A DNA stretch of 60,783 bases, filler included. It is 5 parts of 5 records of this genome, joined end to end, with 100 filler letters (N's around TTAATTAATTAA, not from the genome) between each part and the next. Parts side by side here need not be neighbours in the genome. Positions count along the whole stretch, not along the records: positions 1 to 11,015 come from DRR378314_1911; positions 11,116 to 17,331 come from DRR378314_1917; positions 17,432 to 24,231 come from DRR378314_1919; 2 more parts are not named here. One strand, written 5' to 3'. Positions 10,496 to 20,583 of the stretch are shown in pieces (position 1 is the first letter of the stretch; the number at the start of each line of letters is the position of its first letter). The notes below the pieces were generated by a model. The model saw only the letters and a program-made list of their open reading frames with translations. It was not told the origin of the DNA and made no database searches. Made by a program: the position numbers and the translations under genes.

Positions 10496-11015
10496 TTAAG
10501 AGCGCCCTCGCCGTCGCTTTACCCCGCCCCGCATGCCGCCACGGCCCATAGAGGAACGACCTGAAGCTTTCTTGGCGTCGTCCACCGCCTTTTCCACGGC
10601 GTATTGCCGCGCCATCGGGTCATCGGCAATTGCCAGATCCACCGCTTCCAACCGTTTGACCTCGTCGCGCAGACGCGCGGCTTCTTCGAATTCCAGATTT
10701 TCGGCGGCCTTGCGCATGTCGCTGCGCAGTCCTTCCAATACCGCCTGCATGTTGGAACCGGCCAGGTTTTTGTCGATCGTGGTGGTGACGCGGTTCATGT
10801 CCACATCGCCCTTGTAAAGGCCCGCCAGAATATCCTCGACGTTCTTTTTCACGGTGGTCGGTGTGATACCGTGTTCTAGGTTATAGGCCTCTTGCTTGGC
10901 GCGGCGGCGTTCGGTTTCACCAATGGCGCGTTCCATCGAGCCGGTGATGCGGTCGGCATACATGATCACCCGGCCTTCGGCGTTGCGCGCGGCGCGGCCG
11001 ATGGTCTGGATCAGC
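10496..11015 (-). CDS. uvrB: Excinuclease ABC subunit B, C-terminal part
   Basis: LIQTIGRAARN, YN..HGITP, and UVR domain AAENLEFEEAARLRD; truncated at the contig end. Confidence 0.96.
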
Positions 11016-11115
11016 NNNNNNNNNNNNNNNNNNNNNNNNNNNNNNNNNNNNNNNNNNNNTTAATTAATTAANNNNNNNNNNNNNNNNNNNNNNNNNNNNN
11101 NNNNNNNNNNNNNNN
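11016..11115. other. Artificial contig spacer
   Basis: N44-TTAATTAATTAA-N44. Confidence 0.99.
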
Positions 11116-11116
11116 G

Positions 11117-12136
11117 CGCGGCCGCTCTGGCCGTCAGGGTGACCCAGGCCGCACCGTGTTCTACCTAAGCCTTGAAGACGACCTGATGCGCATCTTTGGT
11201 TCAGAACGTCTGGACAAGGTGCTGACCACATTGGGCATGAAAGAAGGTGAGGCGATCATCCATCCTTGGGTGAACAAATCGCTGGAACGTGCGCAATCCA
11301 AGGTCGAAGGTCGCAACTTTGACATGCGTAAGAACGTGTTGAAATTCGACGACGTGATGAATGACCAGCGTAAGGTGATCTTTAGTCAGCGGCGCGAGAT
11401 CATGTCAGCAGATGATCTGTCAGATGTCGTGTCAGATATGCGCGAGCAAGTGGTCGACGACATGATCGATGAGTTCATGCCGCCAAAAACTTATGCCGAT
11501 CAATGGGATACCGACGGCCTGAACGAGGCGGTCAAAGAGAAACTGACCATCGACGCCCCAGTTCAGGATTGGGCTGCGGAAGAGGGCGTTGACGACGAAC
11601 AGATTCGTGAACGTCTGATCAAGGCCGCCGATGAAATGATGGCACAGAAAGCCGTCGCCTTCGGTCCCGAAAACATGCGCAACATCGAAAAGCAGGTATT
11701 GTTGCAAACCATCGACGGCAAATGGCGCGAGCATCTTTTGACGTTGGAACACCTGCGCTCGGTTGTGGCATTCCGCGGCTACGCCCAGCGCGATCCGCTG
11801 AACGAATATAAAAACGAAAGCTTCCAACTGTTCGAAAGCATGCTGGATTCGTTGCGTGAAACCGTAACGCAGCAATTATCCCGCGTGCGCCCACTGAGCG
11901 AAGAAGAGCAGAAAGAAATGCTGGCGCAGATGGCTGAGAAACAGGCGCAAACGCAGAACGCGGTGGATCAGGCCACAGATAAAGCCGAAGCACTGGCCGA
12001 GGCGCAGGCGTCTGGCGATGCGCGCCCGGGTTTTGTCGAAGATGACCCCTCAACCTGGGGGAACCCGTCGCGCAATGATCAATGCCCCTGCGGATCAGGC
12101 AAGAAGTTCAAGCACTGCCACGGACGGTTAACCTAA
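11117..12136 (+). CDS. secA: Preprotein translocase SecA, C-terminal part
   Basis: [36 protein letters not shown] motif [14 protein letters not shown]. Confidence 0.98.
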   Translation, partial: RGRSGRQGDPGRTVFYLSLEDDLMRIFGSERLDKVLTTLGMKEGEAIIHPWVNKSLERAQSKVEGRNFDMRKNVLKFDDVMNDQRKVIFSQRREIMSADDLSDVVSDMREQVVDDMIDEFMPPKTYADQWDTDGLNEAVKEKLTIDAPVQDWAAEEGVDDEQIRERLIKAADEMMAQKAVAFGPENMRNIEKQVLLQTIDGKWREHLLTLEHLRSVVAFRGYAQRDPLNEYKNESFQLFESMLDSLRETVTQQLSRVRPLSEEEQKEMLAQMAEKQAQTQNAVDQATDKAEALAEAQASGDARPGFVEDDPSTWGNPSRNDQCPCGSGKKFKHCHGRLT

Positions 12137-12238
12137 CGTCACCCCACCTTTCCGACACAATGAGTCCGCCTCACGGCCACATATTGGCCGTGTTTCAGCG
12201 GCAAATTGCGACTCGCTCCTTCAACTGGGGAGGGTGTC

Positions 12239-13159
12239 TTGTTTGTAATAAAGAACTACGTGACCACGGGCGGTACCGTTGCCTGCGCTCTGGCTATCGG
12301 ATATTTGATGCAGAACGGCTCGGCGCACCAAGCCGGTGCCGAGCCAAGTGGTGAACGCATCGCGTCGATCTCGGATCAGGATTCAGACCTGGCCGGGCTC
12401 GAAAGTGTCGTGCTGACCTCTTCTTCCCCGACAGAGCCACGCCGCAAGGTGTTACCCAAATCCACGTTGCCGACCCCGGAACAAAGCCGGTTGCCGTCAA
12501 CCTGTGGCCTGACTGCACGCGCCATGGCCGTGCCTGGTGCGAATGCGCGGTTGCGGGTGAAGGCACCGTGTCACGCGAACGAAACCATCGATGTTCATCA
12601 CAACGGACTGGTCTTTAGCACCAAAACCGACGCGCTTGGCAATTTGAATCTGACTGTACCGGCATTGTCAGAATACGCGATTTTTCTGATCTCGCTGCCC
12701 GACGACAAAGGCACGGTTGCAACGACGCATGTGCCCGAAATCAACAATTTCAACCGGATCGCGTTGCAATGGCAGGGCGAAACAGATCTGCAACTGCATG
12801 CGCTGGAATTCGGCGCGGGTTACGGGGAAGAAGGCCATGTGTGGTCTGGGTCCGATGCTGGTGGTGCGGGCTCGGTGATCCATCTGGGTCAGGGTGGCTC
12901 TGACGCTGCGCGCAACATCGAGGTTTATTCCTTCCCTATTCAATCCGCGACCAAAGACGGAACCATCACGCTGTCGGTCGAAACCGAGGTCACTGACGCC
13001 AATTGCAACAAAGCGCTGAACGTACAATCGCTGGAATGGCGCACGGATCAGCGTCTGCGGTCTCGTGATCTGACGCTGGACATGCCCGACTGTGCCGGAG
13101 TTGGCGACTTTCTGGTGTTGAATAATCTGTTCTCAGACCTGACAATCGCTGCAAAATAG
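12239..13159 (+). CDS. Conserved hypothetical membrane-anchored/periplasmic protein
   Basis: GGAGG RBS before TTG; N-terminal hydrophobic segment, Pro/Ser linker, beta-rich domains with Cys pairs. Confidence 0.7.
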   Translation: MFVIKNYVTTGGTVACALAIGYLMQNGSAHQAGAEPSGERIASISDQDSDLAGLESVVLTSSSPTEPRRKVLPKSTLPTPEQSRLPSTCGLTARAMAVPGANARLRVKAPCHANETIDVHHNGLVFSTKTDALGNLNLTVPALSEYAIFLISLPDDKGTVATTHVPEINNFNRIALQWQGETDLQLHALEFGAGYGEEGHVWSGSDAGGAGSVIHLGQGGSDAARNIEVYSFPIQSATKDGTITLSVETEVTDANCNKALNVQSLEWRTDQRLRSRDLTLDMPDCAGVGDFLVLNNLFSDLTIAAK

Positions 13160-13184
13160 GCAGCAAGCAGTTCAACGGTCCACA

Positions 13185-14741
13185 ATGAAAATTCCTCGTG
13201 CGGTGTTGGCCGCGCTTCTTACCCTGTCATTGGTGCAGGGCGCACGCGCACAAGACATCACTTTGACCTCACATGATGGCGAGGTCGAAGTGGTCGGTAC
13301 TTTGCTAGGGTATGACGGTGAATTCTACCGGGTCGAAACGCAATTTGGCGAACTGACGGTCGATGGTTCGGGCGTCACCTGCGACGGTCCCGCCTGCCCC
13401 AATCTGACCGATTTCGTAGCCGAGGTTCGCTTTTCAGGTTCATCCGTCATGGCCGAAACGCTGCTGCCCGCACTTGCCCAAGGCTTTGCAAGACACGAAG
13501 GGCTGACGGTATCCCATTTGGAAACCGCCGATGCGCTGCAGGTATATGTTCTGCACCATCCTGACCGCCAAGCACCTTTGGCCCGGTTGACGTTTCGCGC
13601 GACCGACACCTCTCAGGGCTTTTCCGATCTGGCAAATAACAACGCGGATATTGTGCTTGCACAGCGCGAGGTTCGGCCCAAAGAACTGGAACTGACCCGC
13701 AACGCCGGATTGGGAGATCTGACGCAGGCGCGCCGATCACGTGTTCTGGCGCTGGATGCAATGGTTCCGATTGTGTCGGCTGACAATCCGGTGCGCCAGA
13801 TATCCCCCGCCGATCTCGCGATGATCTTTGCAGCCGAAATTACAAACTGGTCCGAACTCGGCGGTCCTGACGCACCGATCTCGCTGCACTTGCCCCGGGC
13901 AGGATCAGGCTTGGCACAAGCAGTCGAAGATCTGTTGCTGGCTCCGGTTGACGCGGTAATCTCTGCCGACGCCCGGCGCCATGAACGAAATAGCGATCTG
14001 GTGCGCGTGGTCTCGAATGATCCCTTCGGTATTGGGATCGCAAGCCTTTCCGAAACTGGCGCTGCGCGTACCCTGCCGCTGACCGGTGGTTGCGGTCACG
14101 CCCTGTCCGCCACCCGACAATCGGTTAAGACCGAAGATTACCCGCTGACTTCTCCGATGTTTATCTATCTGCCGCAGAGACGATTGCCCCGGGTTGCCAG
14201 ACAGTTTCTGGCCTACACCCAAAGTGGTGCGGCGCAGATGGTCATACGGCAAGCCGGGTTTGTCGATCAATCGCCAGAAACTATCGCGATTGGTCTTCAA
14301 GGCGATAGGCTGGCCAACGCCATCAGAACGGGCGGAACCGAAGTTGGTTTGGACGAATTGCAGCGCATGATTGAAACCCTCAGGCCGCTGTCCCGTTTAT
14401 CATTGTCCGTCCGATTCGAACCCGGTTCGTCGCGGCCCGACGCCCAGTCCCGCTCAAACATTCTGCAACTGGCACAGGCACTTGAAAGCGGAACGCTGAA
14501 TGCGCGTCAACTGACCTTTGTTGGGTTCAGCGATGGGGAAGGGGCCGCCGCCACCAATACGCGTATCGCCCTGCAGCGTGCCAAAACCGTACGCAATGCG
14601 GTGCTGGCGGCGATCGAAACAAGCATCCCTGACAGCGTCGAGATCACGGTTGAGGGCTTTGGCGAGGCCATGCCAATGGCGTGCGATGACACTGAATGGG
14701 GCCGAAAAGTGAACCGCCGCGTCGAGGTCTGGGTCCGATAA
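13185..14741 (+). CDS. PstS-like substrate-binding domain fused to an OmpA-like peptidoglycan-binding domain
   Basis: Signal peptide; FSGSS, ALDA.VPIV..DNPV, EDYPL; C-terminal GFSDGEG...ALQRA...NRRVEVW. Confidence 0.85.
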   Translation: MKIPRAVLAALLTLSLVQGARAQDITLTSHDGEVEVVGTLLGYDGEFYRVETQFGELTVDGSGVTCDGPACPNLTDFVAEVRFSGSSVMAETLLPALAQGFARHEGLTVSHLETADALQVYVLHHPDRQAPLARLTFRATDTSQGFSDLANNNADIVLAQREVRPKELELTRNAGLGDLTQARRSRVLALDAMVPIVSADNPVRQISPADLAMIFAAEITNWSELGGPDAPISLHLPRAGSGLAQAVEDLLLAPVDAVISADARRHERNSDLVRVVSNDPFGIGIASLSETGAARTLPLTGGCGHALSATRQSVKTEDYPLTSPMFIYLPQRRLPRVARQFLAYTQSGAAQMVIRQAGFVDQSPETIAIGLQGDRLANAIRTGGTEVGLDELQRMIETLRPLSRLSLSVRFEPGSSRPDAQSRSNILQLAQALESGTLNARQLTFVGFSDGEGAAATNTRIALQRAKTVRNAVLAAIETSIPDSVEITVEGFGEAMPMACDDTEWGRKVNRRVEVWVR

Positions 14742-14744
14742 CCC

Positions 14745-15500
14745 TCACAAATACCCCTGAGACCGAAAGCTTAGCTCGGTCGATTTACCAATGATCAGGT
14801 GATCATGCAGAGTAAGCCCAAGCGCTGAACATGCATCCTGAATCCGGTTGGTCATATCGATGTCAGATTGCGAAGGCGTCGGATCGCCAGACGGATGATT
14901 GTGTACCAGAATCATGGCCGATGCATTGAGCTCCAGCGCCCGTTTGGCAACCTCTCGTGGATACACAGGGACATGATCCACGGTGCCTTTGGCCTGTTCC
15001 TCATCCGCGATCAGGACGTTCTTGCGATCCAGATAGAATACCCGGAATTGCTCGGTCTCGCGATGGGCCATCGTCGTATGACAATAGTCCAACAGCGCAT
15101 CCCAGCCCGAAATCACATGCCGCTGCATCACCCGTGCGCGCGCCATCCGATGGGCGCATGCCTCAAGAATTTTCAGATCTGTGATTACGGTATCCCCGGC
15201 GCCCTTGATTTGACGCAACCGTTCCTCGGGCGCGGTGAGGACACGGTTGAAATCACCAAATGCGTCCATCAAGGCGCGCGCCAGCGGTTTCACATCCTGT
15301 CGTGGGATCGACCGGAACAGCGCCAGTTCCAATAATTCGTAGTCGGGCATCGCAGATGATCCGCCCGCCATGAACCGTTCGCGCAGCCGCTTGCGATGAT
15401 CTTTGATGTAGGAGGGTAACCGACCACTCGGTAGCGGCTGCGCCGGAGCTTCGTCCGTATCGAACAGCATGGGGGCTTCGGCAAATGCGTCCTGAGTCAT
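14745..15500 (-). CDS. radC: RadC (JAB/MPN domain) protein
   Basis: HR.RLRERF, HNHPSGDPTPSQSD, LHDHLII. Confidence 0.95.
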   Translation of the reverse strand: MTQDAFAEAPMLFDTDEAPAQPLPSGRLPSYIKDHRKRLRERFMAGGSSAMPDYELLELALFRSIPRQDVKPLARALMDAFGDFNRVLTAPEERLRQIKGAGDTVITDLKILEACAHRMARARVMQRHVISGWDALLDYCHTTMAHRETEQFRVFYLDRKNVLIADEEQAKGTVDHVPVYPREVAKRALELNASAMILVHNHPSGDPTPSQSDIDMTNRIQDACSALGLTLHDHLIIGKSTELSFRSQGYL

Positions 15501-15585
15501 GGGCTCACCTTGACGCAGAATCGGTTTCCAAGAGGTTAACGCGCTTCATCCCGGCGTGCTGGATCGGCAACGCACGGATCCCCCG

Positions 15586-15647
15586 CTTCATCTGGCCATA
15601 AATATCTCGGGGGAGTCGCCCAAAGGGCGGCGGGGGCAGAGCCCCCC
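15586..15647. repeat. REP-like palindromic intergenic element of Rhodobacterales type
   Basis: CTTCATCTGGCC..AAATATC..GGGG, then hairpins GTCGCCC-aaa-GGGCGGC and GGGGGC-aga-GCCCCC; single copy in this window. Confidence 0.55.
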
Positions 15648-15660
15648 TTGCTGAACCGGA

Positions 15661-16812
15661 TCAGCCTTTCATACCATCCCAAAAAGATTTGACGGATGAA
15701 AAGAAGCTTTTTGATTCCGGGTGATTATTATCTTCACCCAGATCGTCAAACTCGCGCAAAAGCTCTTTCTGTCGGCTGGTCAGATTGACCGGGGTTTCCA
15801 CCGCCAGTTCAATGAACATGTCCCCTACACCGCCGCCACGTAAGGCAGGCATGCCCTTGGCTCTCAGGCGCATCTGGCGACCGGACTGGCTGCCGGCGGG
15901 GATTTGAATGCGACCACGGCCACCGTCGATGGTTGGTACTTCGATCGAACCACCCAACGCGGCCTTGGCCATGCTGACCGGCACGCGGCAATAGAGGTTC
16001 ACGCTGTCGCGTTCGAACAGTTTGTGCTCGGACACCTCGACAAAGATATAGAGATCGCCCGGAGGGCCACCGCGCATCCCGGCTTCACCTTCACCCGCCA
16101 GGCGAATGCGCGTACCGGTTTCGACACCGGCGGGGATGTTGACCGAAAGGGCGCGATCCTTTTCAACGCGGCCCGCGCCCTGACAGGATTTACAGGGGTT
16201 CTTGATGATCTGACCCAATCCCGAACAGGTCGGGCACGTACGCTCTACCGTAAAAAAGCCCTGTTGCGCGCGGACTTTGCCCATGCCGGAACAGGTGGGG
16301 CAGGCCGTAGGTTCGACGCCACCTTCAGCCCCAGTGCCTTCGCACGAAGAACAGGCAACGGCGGTCGGCACGTTGATGGTTTTTTGCAGACCTGCATAGG
16401 CCTCTTCCAGCGAAACCCGCAGGTTATAACGCAGGTCAGAGCCGCGCGCGGCACGGCGTCCTCCGCCCCCACGCTGACCGCCCATGAAGTCGCCGAACAG
16501 ATCGTCAAATACGTCCGAAAATGCGCTCGAGAAATCACCCTGACCGCCAAAGCCACCGCCGGGACGTCCTCCGCCGCCCATGCCGTTTTCGAACGCGGCG
16601 TGGCCAAAGCGGTCGTAGGCGGCCTTTTTCTCGGCGTCGCGCAGCACATCATAGGCCTCGTTGGCCTCTTTGAACTGCGCCTCGGCGTCTGGGTTGTCCT
16701 TGTTGCGATCCGGATGCACTTCCTTGGCTTTCTTGCGAAAGCCCTTCTTGATTTCATCCGCCGAAGCGCCCTTGGACACGCCGAGCACTTCGTAATAGTC
16801 GCGTTTGGACAT
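15661..16812 (-). CDS. dnaJ: Chaperone DnaJ
   Basis: HPD motif, G/F-rich linker, four CxxCxGxG repeats; start at MSKRDYY. Confidence 0.98.
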   Translation of the reverse strand: MSKRDYYEVLGVSKGASADEIKKGFRKKAKEVHPDRNKDNPDAEAQFKEANEAYDVLRDAEKKAAYDRFGHAAFENGMGGGGRPGGGFGGQGDFSSAFSDVFDDLFGDFMGGQRGGGGRRAARGSDLRYNLRVSLEEAYAGLQKTINVPTAVACSSCEGTGAEGGVEPTACPTCSGMGKVRAQQGFFTVERTCPTCSGLGQIIKNPCKSCQGAGRVEKDRALSVNIPAGVETGTRIRLAGEGEAGMRGGPPGDLYIFVEVSEHKLFERDSVNLYCRVPVSMAKAALGGSIEVPTIDGGRGRIQIPAGSQSGRQMRLRAKGMPALRGGGVGDMFIELAVETPVNLTSRQKELLREFDDLGEDNNHPESKSFFSSVKSFWDGMKG

Positions 16813-16838
16813 CAGTATTTCCTTCTGCCTCAACGTAA

Positions 16839-16869
16839 TTGGGCCGGCCCGGCAACCGGACCGGCCCAA
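16839..16869 (-). terminator. dnaK-dnaJ intercistronic hairpin
   Basis: TTGGGCCGGCCCGG-caa-CCGGACCGGCCCAA. Confidence 0.55.
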
Positions 16870-16886
16870 ATTGGCCCGGTTTCCCG

Positions 16887-17331
16887 TTAGTTACGCTTTT
16901 CGTCGTCCAGATCTTCGAACTCGGCGTCGACAATGTCGTCCTCGCCCGGCGCTTGGTCGGCTGCTGCTGGTTCGTCATCACCTTCTTCGGCCTGCGCCTT
17001 GTAGATGGCTTCGCCCAGCTTCATGGCCGCTTCGGTCACGTTCTGGATGCCCGACTTGATCTTGTCGGCGTTCTCGGTTTCCAGCTCGTCCTTGAGCGCG
17101 GCGATGGCCAGCTCGATGGCTTCGACGGTCGTCGGATCGACTTTGTCCGAATGCTCTTCGACGGACTTCTCGGTCGAGTGGATCAGGCTTTCCGCCTGGT
17201 TCTTCGCCTCGATCAGCTCGCGGCGTTCCTTGTCCGCCTCGGCGTTGTCCTCGGCGTCCTTGACCATCTTGTCGATATCTTCATCCGACAGGCCACCCGA
17301 TGCCTGGATGGTGATCTTCTGCTCTTTGCCG
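16887..17331 (-). CDS. dnaK: Chaperone DnaK, C-terminal part
   Basis: [18 protein letters not shown]...MKLGEAIYK...[10 protein letters not shown]. Confidence 0.97.
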
Positions 17332-17431
17332 NNNNNNNNNNNNNNNNNNNNNNNNNNNNNNNNNNNNNNNNNNNNTTAATTAATTAANNNNNNNNNNNNN
17401 NNNNNNNNNNNNNNNNNNNNNNNNNNNNNNN
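17332..17431. other. Artificial contig spacer
   Basis: N run with TTAATTAATTAA. Confidence 0.99.
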
Positions 17432-17506
17432 CCAGCTCTATTGTGTTCGAGATACGGGGCATGCGCTCATGGTTCATCCATACTTCCGTGCAACCCATTG
17501 CTGCAG

Positions 17507-18409
17507 ACGAATCCAGAACTACCTCACCTCGCACCCCACGGAGTGGCAGCCTGTTTTCTACATGGGTGTTATGGTACGCCAGCAAATCAATTAGCAGGGT
17601 TGAAGCACTCTACCCTCTAAGCTCTGTGAAACAGTAGCTCCTCAACTTCGCGCTTTCGCGTCTCAAAGTCTGTGGCACAAACGCCGTGAAGACGAGCGCA
17701 GGAAAGCCACACGCCACGCTCACCGACCGCGTAGGCGCACAAGCCGGTGTGTGTCGTAGTTTCCCACGACGTCAACGAATATTTGCGCTGCAGCTTGTCG
17801 ACACGATCCGCCTTGCGCGTAATTCTTCGCGTTAGCGGTTTCAGAGCTTCTGCGCATCGCTTCCTTCGAGGAGAAAGGACGGTCCTGTGCGTAGGCAGCG
17901 CGCTCTGGAAAGCGGCACCCTGCTCCTCGCCTTACTCACAGTCTTGGCAGCAGCAGCGGCCTCACGCTATCACGCGGTGCGCAGGGATCACCTCTTGCGC
18001 CTCGTCGTGCCCACGCCAGTCTATCCCCCCCCCCTTAAGAAGGAATGACATTGCTGCCCGCGCACACTCTTGTCGCCTGACGATGCTCTGACAAGCATGC
18101 AATCCTCGGCGTGGTCCTCTCTTACCGCAGGAGCTCGACTCGCGCACGCGGCGCATGGTTCTCAGTCTCTGGGTCGGCCACACGATCAATTGGCAAAACT
18201 CGGGCCTTCGCTTCGAGCGCCGCACACGATTCTTCTTGCATCTGCGTGAAATTCTCGAGGAAGAAGGATTCACCTACGTCCTTCCAGAGCAGCCGATCAC
18301 CATCCGGCAACAGGATATGGGAGCGCACGTCGTCCAACCTCCAGCGTTTCTCCAACCTGCTGGTGGGCAGGCACCGCCGCTGCACCCCATCGGCGCAGCT
18401 TTCCACTGA
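17507..18409 (+). CDS. Eukaryotic MscS-like (MSL) mechanosensitive channel, last two exons: join(17507..17573,18131..18409)
   Basis: Spliced peptide RIQNYLTSHPTEWQPVFYMGVM|ELDSRTRRMVLSLWVGHTINWQNSGLRFERRTRFFLHLREILEEEGFTYVLPEQPI resembles the C-terminus of plant/fungal MSL proteins; intron GTACGC...TCCTCTCTTACCGCAG, phase 0. Confidence 0.8.
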
Positions 18410-19499
18410 TGCGAAGCTCCTTGGCGTGCAAACGCTCAACAATGATACATGCTATGTAGTAAGCTACACATGGTATTAGCAAATGAACGTATATTGCCTA
18501 ATAAAGTGTATGGGTAAATATGAAAATCCGGTAGCGATGGAGATATCACAGAGGCCGGGCCAGAAGCACCAAGCGCAGTCGAAGCTGCAACGCCGCGGGA
18601 AGCAAAAGTGGCAACGACGTACGTCAACCGGCCAAGTCCAGCAGTACACCATTCCTACATTATACCTTGGAGGCGAAATCATTCCCAGTTGCAAAATTGT
18701 AAGTGCTGCATATGAAAACAGGAAAGTCACCCCAGTCCTACGCCGATGGGGCACACTCCCTGCGCACTGCGTAAAACCAACGGACGGGGAGCAGCAACAT
18801 GGCAAGCGGAACGCCGCACATGCGAGCGTGTGCGGCCGAGAGGCGGGCGCCACTTCCAATCAAAGGCAGTCGCCGGTGCACGGATTTCCAGTGCTCGTGC
18901 GCAATAGTTTCAAATAACCAAGCCCCTTTGGCCGTGCTTCGCTGGGCAAATGTGGGGGCGCTGGTATATTGAAGCACGTCAGTCGGAAGAAACACGGCAC
19001 GCGCGCTACTGCCTTGCCAAGCACATTCCTAACCCTACCCCCAACTCTCATCAGCCCAGCGTCACGGCGGGGGTTGCCGCTCGCTTCTGACGGTGAGCCG
19101 CAGCTTGAGGAGTCCGGAAAAGGGCTATACGCTGCTTGCGTATCAACGGAATCGTGTGGTCCCAGAGATCGCACATATAGTGCACGGAGCTGAATGAAAC
19201 AGCGGCGCTACGCTACTCCTTTTACGCGCGTGCTGGGCAGCGGGAAGCGAAACCGGGGTGCCGTGTTCAATCTTTCGCAAAACAGTGGCGGCAAGAAGAC
19301 AGCGCAAACATCTTGCAAATCATTGTATTCGCTGATACGAACAGGTCCTTACGCACGGCTTGCCATAGACGCGCGATTGGCTCCAACACAGTGGCGGCGA
19401 GCAGACAGCGACAATAATCTTGCAAATCATTGGATTTGCTGATGCTTGCAGCTCCCAGCGCACAGCTTGACGTCGACGCGCCTGGATCGCGTCGCCCGC

Positions 19500-20095
19500 C
19501 GCCGTCGCACCTCGCCAGCATACAAACCAGCGCCGCAGCCCCGCTTCCCGCTGTACACTGTACTATGCCCACGCTGCCCTTCGAGTCGCCAACCAATACA
19601 CTTTCAGTAGATGGTCGCATCGTTCGGCGCACTGTTCCGATCCCATCGCCCGCCGCTGCTGCCGACGCAACCGCTGAGCGCCAAAAGTTCGCGAGCCGCC
19701 GTCGCACCTCGCAAGCAGTCACACCGGCGCCGCAGCCCCCGCTTCCTGCTGTACACCGTACTATGCCCACGCTGTGCTACGAATCGCTAATCAATAAAAT
19801 TTCAGGAGATCCTCGCATCGTTCGGTACACTCCATAGATTGCGCTGTCAGCCGCTGCTGCCGCCGCTGCAGCCACAGCGCGTCAAATGCTCGCGAGGCAC
19901 TGCTGCACCTCGCCCGCCTGCGAACCGGCGCGGCAGCCCCCGTTTCACGCTGTACACAGCCCATTGCCACGTCCTCTCCACCATCGAAACCCCGCAGCTG
20001 TTCACGACTTCTCCGCCCAAAGCAAAATGTCTATGCGCCACTAGTCGGATCGCGTTGTCCGCCGCTGCTGCCGCAACCGCAGCGCGTCCGTGTTC
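19500..20095. repeat. Three diverged ~200-bp tandem repeat units
   Basis: GCTGTACAC at 19550/19748/19949 and GCCGCTGCTGCCG at 19652/19850/20061. Confidence 0.8.
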
Positions 20096-20583
20096 GCCTT
20101 GGTGAGGCGATCGAGTGCCTCGCGGAGCGGCTGGCTGACACTGCACTGTGAAACATTCACCTCGCGCAGCGAGCGGTTCGAGACAAGAGCGTCGCGCAGG
20201 GCCGTCGCACCAACGTCCCCGATGTCGTTTTCGCTCAAGTCCAGCGTCTGCAGCCATCGAGATGTCGAAATCGCCTGGGCAAGCGCGACGGCACCGTCGT
20301 TTCCGATGCGATTTCGGCGTAGGGAAAGTAGCACAAGCCCGGGGCACCGGGGCAGCAAGCTCGCAAGGACCAGCGCGCCTTCGTCGCCGAGCTCGTTGCT
20401 GTCGAGTACCAGCTCGCGCAACTCCCGTTGGTTCTGCAATAGCTCAACCAGCTCCCGCACATGCTTCGGGCGGAACTTCTTCTTGATGATTGATATCTCA
20501 GGAGTAGCTTTCTCGCGCAGCATGCGAACGTGCTCCAAAGCGCGACGTGCGCGGCTGCGCCACAATTTCTGGAACTTGGGCAT
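20041..20583 (-). CDS. Eukaryotic leucine-rich repeat protein (ribonuclease-inhibitor/RanGAP-like LRR)
   Basis: 28-aa repeats LVLDSNELGDEGALVLA, LSLRRNRIGNDGAVALA, LDLSENDIGDVGATAL; start at MPKFQK. Confidence 0.82.
   Translation of the reverse strand: MPKFQKLWRSRARRALEHVRMLREKATPEISIIKKKFRPKHVRELVELLQNQRELRELVLDSNELGDEGALVLASLLPRCPGLVLLSLRRNRIGNDGAVALAQAISTSRWLQTLDLSENDIGDVGATALRDALVSNRSLREVNVSQCSVSQPLREALDRLTKANTDALRLRQQRRTTRSD

Noticed and set aside
11060-11071. TTAATTAATTAA repeated four times in the window
   Set aside because: Artificial six-frame stop linker inside N spacers; ORFs running into it are artefacts
14745-15500. radC as a marker of a mobile element or anti-defence island
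   Set aside because: Full-length chromosomal form in a dnaJ/secA housekeeping context; no integrase nearby
18410-19450. Many short ORFs on both strands in the eukaryotic contig
   Set aside because: No recognisable domain or consistent exon structure; likely UTR or intergenic
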